NCBI GenBank assembly: GCA_963753435.1
Contig: CAVWCF010000001.1
Location: 544,001-608,000 of the forward strand
DNA: 64,000 bases
Direction: 5' to 3'
Origin: an uncultured Actinomycetota bacterium
GTDB taxonomy: Bacteria > Actinomycetota > Actinomycetes > CAVWCF01
Shown: piece after piece, positions 48,483 to 58,805 of the stretch
How the letters are laid out: each line of letters opens with the position of its first letter
Numbering within the stretch: the first letter of the stretch is position 1
The notes under the pieces: generated by a model
What the model was told of the DNA's origin: nothing
Databases searched by the model: none
Seen by the model: the letters and a program-made list of their open reading frames with translations, nothing else
Translations under genes and position numbers: made by a program

Positions 48483-49655
48483 TCAGTGGACCTCGACCAC
48501 GGGCGCAGCCGCGCCCTCCTCGCCCGACTCCGGGTCCACGCCCATCTCCTCAGCCAGACGCAGTGCCTGCTCGATCAGGGTCGGCACGATCTGAGCCTCC
48601 GGGACGGTGGCGATCACCTCGCCCTTGACGAAGATCTGACCCTTGCCGTTTCCGCTGGCCACACCGAGATCGGCTTCGCGCGCCTCCCCCGGACCGTTGA
48701 CGACGCAGCCCATCACGGCCACGCGCAACGGGACGTTGAGCCCTTCAAGTCCGGCGGTGACCTCCTCGGCCAGGGTGTAGACGTCAACCTGCGCCCGCCC
48801 GCAGGACGGACAGGAAACGATTTCGAGGCCGCGTTCGCGAAGTCCCAGGGACTCCAGGATCGCGATGCCGACCTTCACCTCTTCTGCCGGCGGCGCGGAG
48901 AGACTGACGCGAATCGTGTCGCCGATGCCTTCGGCGAGCAGGGCCCCGAACGCCACGGCGGACTTGACCGTGCCCTGAAACGTCGGGCCGGCTTCGGTCA
49001 CGCCCAGGTGCAGCGGGTAGTCGCACGCGGCGGCCAACTGCCGGTAGGCGGCGATCATCACGACCGGGTCGTGATGCTTGACGGAGATCTTGATGTCCCC
49101 GAACCCGTGCTCCTCGAACAGCGACGCTTCCCACAGCGCCGACTCCACCAAAGCTTCCGGCGTGGCCTTGCCGTGCTTGGCAAGCAGGCGCGGGTCGAGC
49201 GAACCGGCGTTCACGCCGATACGGATCGGCACCTGGGCGTCGGCCGCGGCCTTGGCGATCTCGGCGACCTTGTCGTCGAACTGCTTGATATTGCCGGGAT
49301 TCACCCGGACACCGGCGCAACCAGCGTCGATTGCTGCGAACACGTACTTGGGCTGGAAGTGGATGTCGGCGATGACAGGGATGTTGGACTTGGCCGCGAT
49401 CACGGGCAGCGCCTCGGCGTCGTCCTGACTGGGCACCGCAACTCGAACAACCTGGCAACCCGAAGCGGTCAACTCCGCGATCTGCTGGAGCGTGGCGTTC
49501 ACGTCGGCAGTGACCGTGGTCGTCATGGACTGCACGGAGACAGGCGCGTCTCCGCCCACCGCCACCGGGTGGCTGGGGTGCTTGAGCAAGAGCTGGCGGG
49601 TCCGGCGGCGAGGGGCCACCGTGCGCGCGGATGGAATACCCAGCGAGACGGTCAT
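48483..49655 (-). CDS. ispG: (E)-4-hydroxy-3-methylbut-2-enyl-diphosphate synthase
   Basis: [42 protein letters not shown] and [10 protein letters not shown]. Confidence 0.98.
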   Translation of the reverse strand: MTVSLGIPSARTVAPRRRTRQLLLKHPSHPVAVGGDAPVSVQSMTTTVTADVNATLQQIAELTASGCQVVRVAVPSQDDAEALPVIAAKSNIPVIADIHFQPKYVFAAIDAGCAGVRVNPGNIKQFDDKVAEIAKAAADAQVPIRIGVNAGSLDPRLLAKHGKATPEALVESALWEASLFEEHGFGDIKISVKHHDPVVMIAAYRQLAAACDYPLHLGVTEAGPTFQGTVKSAVAFGALLAEGIGDTIRVSLSAPPAEEVKVGIAILESLGLRERGLEIVSCPSCGRAQVDVYTLAEEVTAGLEGLNVPLRVAVMGCVVNGPGEAREADLGVASGNGKGQIFVKGEVIATVPEAQIVPTLIEQALRLAEEMGVDPESGEEGAAAPVVEVH

Positions 49656-49663
49656 GTGCTCCC

Positions 49664-50860
49664 CTAAAGGCCTAGGTCAACGGGATTGACGATATCCGCG
49701 GTCAGCAGCAGCAGCGACAGACCGACGAGCAGGAACAAGAACACGTACGCGAAAGCCGCGAAACGCGTCACATCCACCGGACCGGGGTCGGGGCTACCCC
49801 GCTTGCGCGCCCTGCGGACCTTCCAGCGCTCATATCCCAGAACCGCTAGGTGACCTCCGTCCAGAGGCAACAACGGCAGGATGTTGAACCAGCCGATGAA
49901 GACGTTCAGACCGGCGATCAGCAAGAGGAAATCTGCAATTCGAGCCGAAAGCGGCAACTCCTCACTGAGGATCGCCACGCTGCCCTGGGCGATTCCTACC
50001 GGCCCCACCAGGTCCTCCACGCCGCGCGGCTCGCCACCGAAGGTTTGCCCGAAGAGCTCCGGAACCTTCGAGGGAATCGACACCAGCGCCGCGAACGTGC
50101 CGCTGGTGAGCCGCAGCAGACCGCTGGCTGCAGTGGTAACCGCCTCGACCGGCCCGGATCGCTCCACGGCAACCGTCGGCGTGAGGCCGATGACACCGAT
50201 GGTCGTGGCCGCACCGTCCACCTCGCGTTCGACCGCCGCCGGGGTGGCCGTCAGGGACAGCTGGCTGCCGGCCCGGTCCACATCGATGCTGATCGCCGTG
50301 TCGGCCGACTCGCGAACCACGGCGGTGAAGTCCGACCACTCCTCGACTTCGCGCCCGTCGACGGCCAGCACCTGGTCCCCGGAGCGCAGGCCGGCTGCCG
50401 CCGCCGGGCTGGCCGGGTCCGACTCGGTGCATTCGGTGCCGGCCTCCGGCAGGCACTCGGAGACCTCGTCAATCGTGGTACTCGCGGTCGCCGTCCCGAA
50501 GACGGTGAGGGCCACGATGATCAGGACCACCGCGAGGACCATGTGCATCGCTGAGCCGGCCGCCAGGACGACGGCTCGGCGCGATGCCGGCTGCCGATAG
50601 AAGGCCCTTGACTGGTCTTCCTCAGGAAGCGGCTCGCTGGGAGTCATCCCGCTGATGCGAACAAAGCCACCGGCCGGGATGGCCTTGACCCCGTACTCGG
50701 TCTCGCCACGGCGGACCGACCAGATGGTGGGTCCGAACCCGACAAAGAACTGGGTGGCCTTCATCCCGAATCGACGCGCAGCGGCGAAGTGCCCCCACTC
50801 GTGGAACATGATCGAGCCGAGCAGGGCAGCGATGAAGGCGAAGATGGCCAGTGCGGTCAT
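49664..50860 (-). CDS. M50 family intramembrane zinc metalloprotease (RseP/Rip1-like, PDZ domain)
   Basis: [25 protein letters not shown] segment and [12 protein letters not shown]; between dxr and ispG. Confidence 0.95.
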   Translation of the reverse strand: MTALAIFAFIAALLGSIMFHEWGHFAAARRFGMKATQFFVGFGPTIWSVRRGETEYGVKAIPAGGFVRISGMTPSEPLPEEDQSRAFYRQPASRRAVVLAAGSAMHMVLAVVLIIVALTVFGTATASTTIDEVSECLPEAGTECTESDPASPAAAAGLRSGDQVLAVDGREVEEWSDFTAVVRESADTAISIDVDRAGSQLSLTATPAAVEREVDGAATTIGVIGLTPTVAVERSGPVEAVTTAASGLLRLTSGTFAALVSIPSKVPELFGQTFGGEPRGVEDLVGPVGIAQGSVAILSEELPLSARIADFLLLIAGLNVFIGWFNILPLLPLDGGHLAVLGYERWKVRRARKRGSPDPGPVDVTRFAAFAYVFLFLLVGLSLLLLTADIVNPVDLGL

Positions 50861-52014
50861 GCCGCAACACCGCAGTGTTCACGCGCCGCAGCCCGCGCCC
50901 ACTCATCCGCCGCCAGCACGTCCTCAAGTGTGGGGTCGGTGACCAGAGTGTGCGCGGCGAGGACTGTGGCGACAGTGTCGGTGATGGCCGGGAACCCCAG
51001 CGCGCCGGAAAGGAAGGCGTCGACGGCCACCTCGTTGGCCGCGTTCAACACCGCCGGCGCCGTACCCCCGGCAGCCCCAGCTTCCCGGGCCAGACGCAGC
51101 GCCCCGAAAACCGATTCGTCGACGGGTTCGAAAGTCCAAGACGCCGCCTGACTGAAGTCGATTGCGCTGATCGCCCCCGCAACCCGATTCGGCCACGCCA
51201 GACCCAGCGCGATCGGTAGCCGCATGTCCGGGGGGCTCACCTGGGCTAGCACCGACCCGTCAGTGAACTCCACCATCGAGTGCACGAGGGACTGCGGGTG
51301 CACTACGACGTCGATCCGGTCCAGCGGGATGTCAAACAGCAGGTGGGCCTCGATCAACTCCAGGCCCTTGTTGATGAGGGTCGCTGAGTTGATGGTGATG
51401 GTTGGGCCCATGGACCAGGTGGGGTGCGCCAGTGCCTCCTGCGGCGTGACCGACTGAAGTGCGGCCGCATCCCAACCCCGGAACGGACCGCCGGACGCCG
51501 TCAACACCAGTCGCGCCACTTCTTCCGGGGACCCGCCGCGCAGGCATTGCGCCAGGGCGGAATGCTCGGAGTCGACCGGGACGATCTGACCAGGACCAGC
51601 CGCAGCCCGGACCACTGGCCCACCTATTACCAACGACTCCTTGTTGGCCAGAGCAAGCGTGTGCCCGGCCGCCAGCGCGGCCAACGAAGGCAACAAACCC
51701 GACGCGCCGGTGATCCCGTTGAGCACTACGTCGCAGGGCCGCGACGCCAGCTCCGCGGCCGCATCCGGGCCCACCAGCACTTCGCCGTCCCAGCCGGCAG
51801 CGTGCAACACCCGACGTACGTCTGACTCCCGCGCGCCATCGGCAACCGCGACCACCTTCGCTCCGCTGATGGCCGCCTGCTGGGCCAGAAGCTCTGGGTC
51901 GCGCCCGGTGGCGGCCAGCCCGACGATGCGGAACTGATCTGCCGCCGCCTGGACGACGTCGTGCGCTTGGGTACCGATGGACCCGGTACTGCCGAGGACA
52001 ATTACGTCGCGCAC
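50857..52014 (-). CDS. dxr: 1-deoxy-D-xylulose-5-phosphate reductoisomerase
   Basis: [36 protein letters not shown] and NAANE. Confidence 0.98.
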   Translation of the reverse strand: MRDVIVLGSTGSIGTQAHDVVQAAADQFRIVGLAATGRDPELLAQQAAISGAKVVAVADGARESDVRRVLHAAGWDGEVLVGPDAAAELASRPCDVVLNGITGASGLLPSLAALAAGHTLALANKESLVIGGPVVRAAAGPGQIVPVDSEHSALAQCLRGGSPEEVARLVLTASGGPFRGWDAAALQSVTPQEALAHPTWSMGPTITINSATLINKGLELIEAHLLFDIPLDRIDVVVHPQSLVHSMVEFTDGSVLAQVSPPDMRLPIALGLAWPNRVAGAISAIDFSQAASWTFEPVDESVFGALRLAREAGAAGGTAPAVLNAANEVAVDAFLSGALGFPAITDTVATVLAAHTLVTDPTLEDVLAADEWARAAAREHCGVAA

Positions 52015-52141
52015 CGGGCCATTCTCACCGATCCCGACATCGACTCGGACACATGCCGACACAGCGGCGGCATTTGCCTATCTGGCTGGCCCACGTCTGG
52101 ACACTGTCCCTTGCCCCAAGAGCGCTACGGCACCGCGCCAA

Positions 52142-53584
52142 CTACAACTGCAGTCCGGTAAGGACCATCACCCGGATGTCGGTGTAGTCCTCCATGGCGT
52201 AGCGAAGGCCCTCTCGACCGACGCCGGATTCCTTAACCCCGCCGTAGGGCATCTGGTCGGCGCGGTAACTGGGGACATCGCCGATGACGACGCCGCCCAC
52301 CTCCAACTCCGCGTGCGCCCGGAAGGCGGTTCGCACGTCCCTGGTGAACACCCCGGCTTGGAGGCCGAACTTGCTGTCGTTGACGATGGCGAACGCGGCG
52401 TCCACATCGGGGACTGATTGCAGCACCAGTACGGGTCCGAATACCTCCTCGCAGGAGACCCGGGCGTCGGCTGCGACATCGGTGAGCACCGTGGGTGCGT
52501 AGGTGGCGCCGTCACGCTGTCCGCCCGTGAGCACCTTGGCGCCGCTGGCGACCGCCTCGGAGACCCATTGCTCTACCCGGACCGCCGCTTCCGTGCTGAC
52601 CATTGGACCGACGTCGGTGGTCGGGTCCGTCGGATCGCCGGTGGCCAGGGCCTGAACCTTGGCCACAAGCAAGGGCGCGAAATCGCCCATGAGGGCTTCG
52701 TCGACAAGCACGCGCTGCACCGAGATGCAGGACTGGCCCGCCTGGTAGTTGGCGAATGTGGCGATCCGCGAAGCCGCCCAGTCCAGGTCGTCGGCCGCTC
52801 CGAAGTCGGCGCAAACCACCGCAGCGGCGTTGCCGCCCAGTTCCAGGGTCACGTGCTTTCGCGGCACCGCATCAAGGATCTGGTAGCCAACAGTGGTCGA
52901 ACCAGTGAACGAGATCACCGGGAGGCGAGAATCCGCGACGAGTGCCGGCATGTCCTCGTTGGCCACCGGGAGCACCGACCACATCCCGTCGGGCAACTCG
53001 GTCTCTGCCAGCACTTCTCCCAGCAACAACGCCGACAAGGGAGTCGCGGGCGCCGGCTTGATGATGATCGGTGCGCCTACGGCGATGGCCGGGGCCACTT
53101 TGTGCGCCACCAGGTTCAAGGGGAAGTTGAACGGCGCGATGCCGAGGACGGGTCCCTTCGGCACGCGCCTGACGTAGGCGAGGCGACCGGCGCCGGCCGC
53201 GTCCGTGTCGAGGCGCTGAACCTCGCCGCTGAACCGGCGGGTCTCCTCCGCAGCGAACCGGAAAACACTCACCGCCCGGCCCGCCTCGGCCATTGCCCAC
53301 TTATGCGGCTTGCCGTTCTCGGCCGTGATCAACTCAGCGACTTCCGCCTGCCGTTCGGCCAGACGCTTGGACACGTGCATCAGCGCGTCGGCGCGCGCCG
53401 ACAGCGGCATCCGGGCGGCTGATCCGGCTACGGCGCCAGCGGCTGCCACCGCCGCTTCGACCTGGGCGGCATCCGGGCGGCTGACCCGGGCGACCAAGGC
53501 GCCGGTGTAGGGGTTGGTGACGGCGAACGATTCCGAAGAGGTCGCGCGCTGTCCGGCGAGGTAGAACGGTTGGGCGTCCGACAT
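52142..53584 (-). CDS. NAD(P)-dependent aldehyde dehydrogenase
   Basis: PFNFPLN, KPA, FTGS, LELGGN, GQSCIS, EEVFGPV and PYGGVKESG; divergent from gabT. Confidence 0.95.
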   Translation of the reverse strand: MSDAQPFYLAGQRATSSESFAVTNPYTGALVARVSRPDAAQVEAAVAAAGAVAGSAARMPLSARADALMHVSKRLAERQAEVAELITAENGKPHKWAMAEAGRAVSVFRFAAEETRRFSGEVQRLDTDAAGAGRLAYVRRVPKGPVLGIAPFNFPLNLVAHKVAPAIAVGAPIIIKPAPATPLSALLLGEVLAETELPDGMWSVLPVANEDMPALVADSRLPVISFTGSTTVGYQILDAVPRKHVTLELGGNAAAVVCADFGAADDLDWAASRIATFANYQAGQSCISVQRVLVDEALMGDFAPLLVAKVQALATGDPTDPTTDVGPMVSTEAAVRVEQWVSEAVASGAKVLTGGQRDGATYAPTVLTDVAADARVSCEEVFGPVLVLQSVPDVDAAFAIVNDSKFGLQAGVFTRDVRTAFRAHAELEVGGVVIGDVPSYRADQMPYGGVKESGVGREGLRYAMEDYTDIRVMVLTGLQL

Positions 53585-53642
53585 GAGCACACGCTAGTCC
53601 GACAGTGCCTATCCTTGAGGCCCCTGCCCAAGGATGGTTCCC

Positions 53643-54998
53643 ATGACGTCCCCCGTCACCGGCGGTCCCGAAGTCCCTCAGGAACGCCGCCTCGTCACCG
53701 AGGTCCCCGGACCCAAGTCGCTCAGCCTCATGGAACGGCGCAATGCCGCCGTCTCAGCGGGTCTGGGCACGACCCTGCCGGTGTTCATCGAGCGGGCCGG
53801 CGGTGGCGTCCTCGTCGACGTGGACGGCAACTCGCTGATCGACATGGGTTCCGGGATAGCCGTGGTGAACGTCGGCAACGCCGCTGAGCACGTGGTGGCA
53901 AACGTGTCCGAGCAGGTGGCCGCTTTCACGCACACCTGTTTCATGGTCACGCCGTATGCGGGGTATGTGGAGGTTTGCGAAGCACTGAATCGACTGACCC
54001 CGGGAGACCATCAAAAGAAGTCTGCGCTGTTCAACTCAGGCGCGGAGGCCGTGGAGAACGCGGTGAAGATCGCTCGCGCCGCCACTGGTCGGCAGGCGAT
54101 CGTGGTCTTCGAGCATGCGTACCACGGCCGCACGAACCTGACGATGGCACTCACGGCCAAGGACATGCCCTACAAGCACTCTTTCGGCCCGTTCGCCGGT
54201 GAGGTGCACCGCATGCCGCTGGCGTACCCGTTCCGCTGGCCAACAGGTCCGGACAATTGCGCCAGCGAGGCGCTGGCGACCGTCATCAGCAAGATCGACA
54301 AGGAGGTCGGCGCCGACCAGGTAGCCGCCATCCTGATCGAGCCGATCGCCGGCGAGGGCGGTTTCGTGGTTCCGGCGCCTGGATTCCTGGCCGGCCTTGC
54401 CGATTATGCGCGCAGCAAGGGGATCGTGTTCGTCGCCGACGAGGTGCAGACCGGGTTCGCGCGCACCGGGCACATGTTCGCCTGCGAAGCCGAGGGCGTG
54501 GTCCCCGATCTGATCACCACCGCCAAGGGCATCGCCGGCGGCCTGCCGCTGGCGGCCGTGACCGGACGCGCCGAGCTGATGGACGCAGTGCACACCGGTG
54601 GGCTGGGCGGCACGTACGGCGGAAACCCGATCGCTTGCGCCGCCGCGCTTGGCGCCATTCGCACCATCGAGGAACTGGACCTGGTCGGGGCGGCCCAACG
54701 AATCGAATCGGTGATGACGCCGGCGCTGCGCGCCATGCAGGAGAAGTACCCGGTCATCGGGGACATCCGGGGTCGCGGAGCGATGATCGCCGTCGAACTG
54801 GTCCAGCCCGGCACTCTCGAGCCCGACCCGGCCACCGCAGCCGCAGTGGCCAAGGCGTGTCACGCCGAGGGTGTGCTCGTGCTGACCGCCGGGACGTACG
54901 GCAACGTCCTGCGTTTCCTGCCGCCGCTGGTGATGCCAGAGGACCTGCTGCGCGAAGCCCTGACGATCCTGGACAAGGCGTTCGCTACGGCCGCCTAG
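53643..54998 (+). CDS. gabT: 4-aminobutyrate--2-oxoglutarate transaminase
   Basis: FTHTCFMVTPY, NSGAEAVENAVKIAR, YHGRT, GEGGF, DEVQTGFARTG and AKGIAGGLP (PLP lysine). Confidence 0.93.
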   Translation: MTSPVTGGPEVPQERRLVTEVPGPKSLSLMERRNAAVSAGLGTTLPVFIERAGGGVLVDVDGNSLIDMGSGIAVVNVGNAAEHVVANVSEQVAAFTHTCFMVTPYAGYVEVCEALNRLTPGDHQKKSALFNSGAEAVENAVKIARAATGRQAIVVFEHAYHGRTNLTMALTAKDMPYKHSFGPFAGEVHRMPLAYPFRWPTGPDNCASEALATVISKIDKEVGADQVAAILIEPIAGEGGFVVPAPGFLAGLADYARSKGIVFVADEVQTGFARTGHMFACEAEGVVPDLITTAKGIAGGLPLAAVTGRAELMDAVHTGGLGGTYGGNPIACAAALGAIRTIEELDLVGAAQRIESVMTPALRAMQEKYPVIGDIRGRGAMIAVELVQPGTLEPDPATAAAVAKACHAEGVLVLTAGTYGNVLRFLPPLVMPEDLLREALTILDKAFATAA

Positions 54999-55002
54999 TG
55001 CG

Positions 55003-56220
55003 TCAGGGGGTCCGGTCCTCCATCCCCCACGGCGATCCGTAGGGGCCGGCAAGCAGTTCCAAGAAGGGCTTGGGTTCGAAAGCCTCCGGACCCAACACGC
55101 CGGCGCCGGTCCAGGATCCGTTCGCCAGCAACTCCAAAGCCACGATCGGGTTGATGGCGGTCTGCCAAACCACCGCCTGGGAGCCGTACTCGCGCATTGA
55201 CCATTCGTTGTCCACGACGTGGTAGTAGTACGTCGCCCTGGGGTTGCCCTGCTTGTCCAACCCCGTGACGTACAGGCCCGCACAGGTCTTGCCACTCATC
55301 ACGTCGCCCAGCCCGGCCGGGTCCGGCAGGCAGGCGGCCACAACGTCTCGAGGGCTGACCTCGACACCGCCGACGCGGACCTTCTCGGTGCGATCCAATC
55401 CCAACTTGTGCAGCGTCTTGAGCACGTCGATGAACTCATCGCCGAGCCCGTACTTGAAGGTGGCGCGCTGAACGTCCACCCAACGGGGAATCAGCAGCAC
55501 TTCCTCGTGCTCGACGTTCACACACTCAACCGGACCGATTCCTTCTGGGAACTCGAACACCTCCGGCTCGCTGAAGGGAGCCGTGGTGAACCACCCGCGG
55601 TCCTTCTCGTAGATCACCGGGGGGTTCAGGCACTCCTCGATCGTGGTCCAGATGGAGAACGAGGGCGCGAAGTCGTAGCCGGAGACCACCAAGTTCGAAC
55701 CGTCCCGCACTCCAGCCTCGTGAATGACCGAGAAGTGCTCGTCCGCCGCATACCGGGCGAACACGTCGGCCAGACCCGGCTCGATGCCGATCCCGGCCAG
55801 CGCGAGCCGACCTGCGGCCTCCCACTCAGCGGCCTTGGCGAACTGCTCGTCGCCCAACTTCACCCCGCACTCGGAGTAAGGCTGCTGCGGATGCGGCCTC
55901 GATAGCGACATGGCCATGTCGAGGTAGTCCGCGCCAGCGGCGAACGCACCATCGAATATGGGCATTACGAACCTCGGGTCGACCGCGTTGAGCACGTGCG
56001 TGATCCGCTCTTGACGACACAGCGCTGCCACCGCATCGGCGTCGGATGCGTCCACCTGTGCGGCCTGGAACCGGGCATCGTCAGCCACCTGGGCTACGGC
56101 TCGCTCCGCTCGCGCCAGGTCGTAGTCGGCCACCACGATCGCCTCGAAGAAGTCCCGTCGGGCGGCGATCGGCACCGCAGCCGAACCGACTCCCCCGGCG
56201 CCAACCATCAGGATTCGCAT
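55003..56220 (-). CDS. Saccharopine dehydrogenase-like oxidoreductase (carboxyspermidine-dehydrogenase-like family)
   Basis: MRILMVGAGGVG, YLDMA, G.EPG..DVFA and VEHEEV; AAGAGGAG RBS. Confidence 0.85.
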   Translation of the reverse strand: MRILMVGAGGVGSAAVPIAARRDFFEAIVVADYDLARAERAVAQVADDARFQAAQVDASDADAVAALCRQERITHVLNAVDPRFVMPIFDGAFAAGADYLDMAMSLSRPHPQQPYSECGVKLGDEQFAKAAEWEAAGRLALAGIGIEPGLADVFARYAADEHFSVIHEAGVRDGSNLVVSGYDFAPSFSIWTTIEECLNPPVIYEKDRGWFTTAPFSEPEVFEFPEGIGPVECVNVEHEEVLLIPRWVDVQRATFKYGLGDEFIDVLKTLHKLGLDRTEKVRVGGVEVSPRDVVAACLPDPAGLGDVMSGKTCAGLYVTGLDKQGNPRATYYYHVVDNEWSMREYGSQAVVWQTAINPIVALELLANGSWTGAGVLGPEAFEPKPFLELLAGPYGSPWGMEDRTP

Positions 56221-56260
56221 ACCCACTCCTTAACTTCTTGGGATGTACGTGGCATCTGTA

Positions 56261-57274
56261 CTAGTCCCGATCTGCCAACAACGGCTGAGTCGGATCCCAG
56301 GCCGGCCCACCGGCGGCAACTGCCCGGCGCCGAGCGATCCCGCTCAGCGCCTCCAGGCACACCCGGTTGGCCAGGGCCGCGGTGATGTCGGCGTGATCGA
56401 AAGGCGGCGACACCTCAACCACGTCCAGCCCCACGACGGGTAGCTCGTAGGCGATCCGACGCACGGCATCAAGCAACTGCCTCGCGGTCAGTCCACCGGG
56501 TTCGGGCGTGCCCGTTCCCGGCGCGTGACCGGGGTCGCAGACATCGATGTCGACCGACAGGAAGACTCCGTCGCAGTCATCCGTGGCGATCGCGAACGCT
56601 TCGGACAGGCACTCGTCGAGCCCGCGGGAGACGATCTCGGTCATCTCGTACGAGCGCATCCCCTGCTCGGCCATCCACTGCAGCACTTCCGGCCCGGGCC
56701 AGTAGCCGCGTAGACCGATCTGCAGGAATCGGTCGCCGCGCACGGCGCCTGACTCGATGAGTCGCCGCATCGGCTGACCATGACCGATCAGGGAGCCGAA
56801 CTCGATGTCGCCGGTGTCGGCGTGAGCGTCGAAGTGGATGACGCTGACCCGGCCCCACCCGACACTGCGGGCGACAGCGGTGGCGTTCGGCCACGTGACC
56901 GTGTGGTCGCCACCGAGGATCAACGGGATCGCGCCCGCTTCGACCACCTTGCCCACGGCTGCTTCGAGGTCCCGCACGGAGCGCGCCGCGTCACCACTGA
57001 ACAACTCCACATCGCCGGCATCGCGAACGTCGAGGTCACGAAGCCCGTCCACGCGCAACGCGAGGCTCGGCCTTGACGAGTCGTGCGCCAGGTAGTCGGT
57101 GATGCGGATCGCCTGAGGCCCGAATCGCGCCCCAGAGCGGTAGGAGGTTCCGCCGTCGAATGGCGCCCCCACCACCACCACGTCCGCGCCGGCCATGGTG
57201 TCGTCATCCAGGGCGCACCGCTCAACCCCCAGGAACGTGACGTCGGGGCCGTACTGACCTCCGTAGCGCGCCAT
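56261..57274 (-). CDS. speB: Agmatinase-family ureohydrolase
   Basis: GAPFDGGTSYR.GARFGP, GGDH, DAHAD, SVDIDVCDP..APGTGTPEPGG and DVVEVSP; exact substrate not determinable. Confidence 0.88.
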   Translation of the reverse strand: MARYGGQYGPDVTFLGVERCALDDDTMAGADVVVVGAPFDGGTSYRSGARFGPQAIRITDYLAHDSSRPSLALRVDGLRDLDVRDAGDVELFSGDAARSVRDLEAAVGKVVEAGAIPLILGGDHTVTWPNATAVARSVGWGRVSVIHFDAHADTGDIEFGSLIGHGQPMRRLIESGAVRGDRFLQIGLRGYWPGPEVLQWMAEQGMRSYEMTEIVSRGLDECLSEAFAIATDDCDGVFLSVDIDVCDPGHAPGTGTPEPGGLTARQLLDAVRRIAYELPVVGLDVVEVSPPFDHADITAALANRVCLEALSGIARRRAVAAGGPAWDPTQPLLADRD

Positions 57275-57280
57275 GTCGAA

Positions 57281-58774
57281 CTAGTGGTGAGTCGGGAAGC
57301 CGAGGTTGATCCCGCCGTGGCTGGGATCCAGCCACCTGCTGGTGACCACCTTGCCGCGCGTAAAGAAGTGCACTCCCTCGATGCCGTGTGCGTGCGTGTC
57401 TCCAAACAGCGATGACTTCCATCCCCCGAACGAGTAGTAGGCCATGGGGACCGGGATGGGAACGTTGATGCCGACCATGCCGACCTCTACCTCGTGCTGG
57501 TAGCGCCGAGCCGCGCCGCCGTCGTTGGTGAAGATGGCGGTTCCGTTGCCGTAGGGATGGGAGTTGACCATCTCCAAGGCGGACTCGTAGCTGTCGGTAC
57601 GCACCACCGAAAGCACCGGACCGAAGATCTCATCGGAGTAGACGGACATGTCCGTGGTCACGTGGTCGAAGAGCGTGGGGCCGAGCCAGAACCCCTCGGG
57701 GGCCCCGTCGATGGTGACCTCACGGCCGTCCACGGCCAGCGTCGCCCCCGATGCCACACCCGCATCCAGGTAACTGGCGACCTTGTCCCGGTGCGCCTCG
57801 GTGACCAACGGCCCCATGTCGCAAGCCCGACGTCCGTCGCCGGTCTTCAGCGTCGCCATCCGCTCAGAGATCTTGGCGACGAGTTCGTCCCCGACCGGGT
57901 CCACAGCCACCACGACCGAGATGGCCATGCAGCGCTCCCCCGCCGAGCCGAACCCGGCGTTCACCGCAGCATCAGCGGCCAGATCGAGGTCGGCATCAGG
58001 CAGCACGACCATGTGGTTCTTCGCGCCGCCAAGCGCCTGCACGCGTTTGCCATGGGCCGTGCCGGTCTCGTAGACGTACCGGGCGATCGGCGTCGAACCC
58101 ACGAACGAGGCCGAGCGAACGTCGGGGTGAGTCAACAAACCGTCGACCGCAACCTTGTCCCCGTGGAGGACGTTGAAGACGCCGTCCGGCAGACCGGCTT
58201 CAGCCCAAAGCTGCGCGATGTACATCGACGCGCTCGGGTCCTTCTCGCTCGGCTTGACCACAACGGAGTTCCCGGTCGCGATGGCGATCGGGTAGAACCA
58301 CATTGGGACCATGGCCGGGAAGTTGAACGGGCTGATGATCGCGGCGACGCCGAGGGGCTGTCGGATGGAGTAGGAGTCGACTCCCGTTGACACCTGCTCG
58401 CTGAAGCCACCCTTGAGCAGGTGTGGGATACCGCAGGCGAACTCGACCACCTCTTGTCCGCGCGTCACCTCGCCTAATGCATCCGAGAGCACCTTGCCGT
58501 GCTCGGCGGTGATGAGTGCGGCGATGTCCTCCTTGCGGGCGTTGAGCAGCTCCCGGAATGCGAACAGGATCTGCGTGCGCCGCGTGAGCGAAACGTGCCG
58601 CCACTCTTCGAACGCCGCCTTGGCCGAGGCCACCGCCTCATCAACGACCGCTCCGGATGCGAAGTCGACCTCGGCGGTCACCTGGCCCGTGGCCGGGTCG
58701 TAAACAGGCCCAACGCGCTCAGCAGTGCCGCCGTACGGCTTGCCGCCGATCCAATGGGTGATTCGATCGCTCAT
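57281..58774 (-). CDS. mmsA: CoA-acylating (methyl)malonate-semialdehyde dehydrogenase
   Basis: PFNFPAMVPMW, KPSEKDP, FVGST, GGAKNHM, AGERCMA and GINVPIPVP. Confidence 0.95.
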   Translation of the reverse strand: MSDRITHWIGGKPYGGTAERVGPVYDPATGQVTAEVDFASGAVVDEAVASAKAAFEEWRHVSLTRRTQILFAFRELLNARKEDIAALITAEHGKVLSDALGEVTRGQEVVEFACGIPHLLKGGFSEQVSTGVDSYSIRQPLGVAAIISPFNFPAMVPMWFYPIAIATGNSVVVKPSEKDPSASMYIAQLWAEAGLPDGVFNVLHGDKVAVDGLLTHPDVRSASFVGSTPIARYVYETGTAHGKRVQALGGAKNHMVVLPDADLDLAADAAVNAGFGSAGERCMAISVVVAVDPVGDELVAKISERMATLKTGDGRRACDMGPLVTEAHRDKVASYLDAGVASGATLAVDGREVTIDGAPEGFWLGPTLFDHVTTDMSVYSDEIFGPVLSVVRTDSYESALEMVNSHPYGNGTAIFTNDGGAARRYQHEVEVGMVGINVPIPVPMAYYSFGGWKSSLFGDTHAHGIEGVHFFTRGKVVTSRWLDPSHGGINLGFPTHH

Positions 58775-58805
58775 GTCATCGCCTTTCGTGGGCCGTTTGC
58801 ATCTG

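Noticed and set aside
52015-52070. Two TGTCGG hexamers upstream of dxr
   Set aside because: Neither is followed by TA-N3-T at 10-nt spacing.
53590-53606. TGTCGG upstream of the aldehyde dehydrogenase as a PafBC site
   Set aside because: It is only 2 nt from the -10 hexamer instead of 10.
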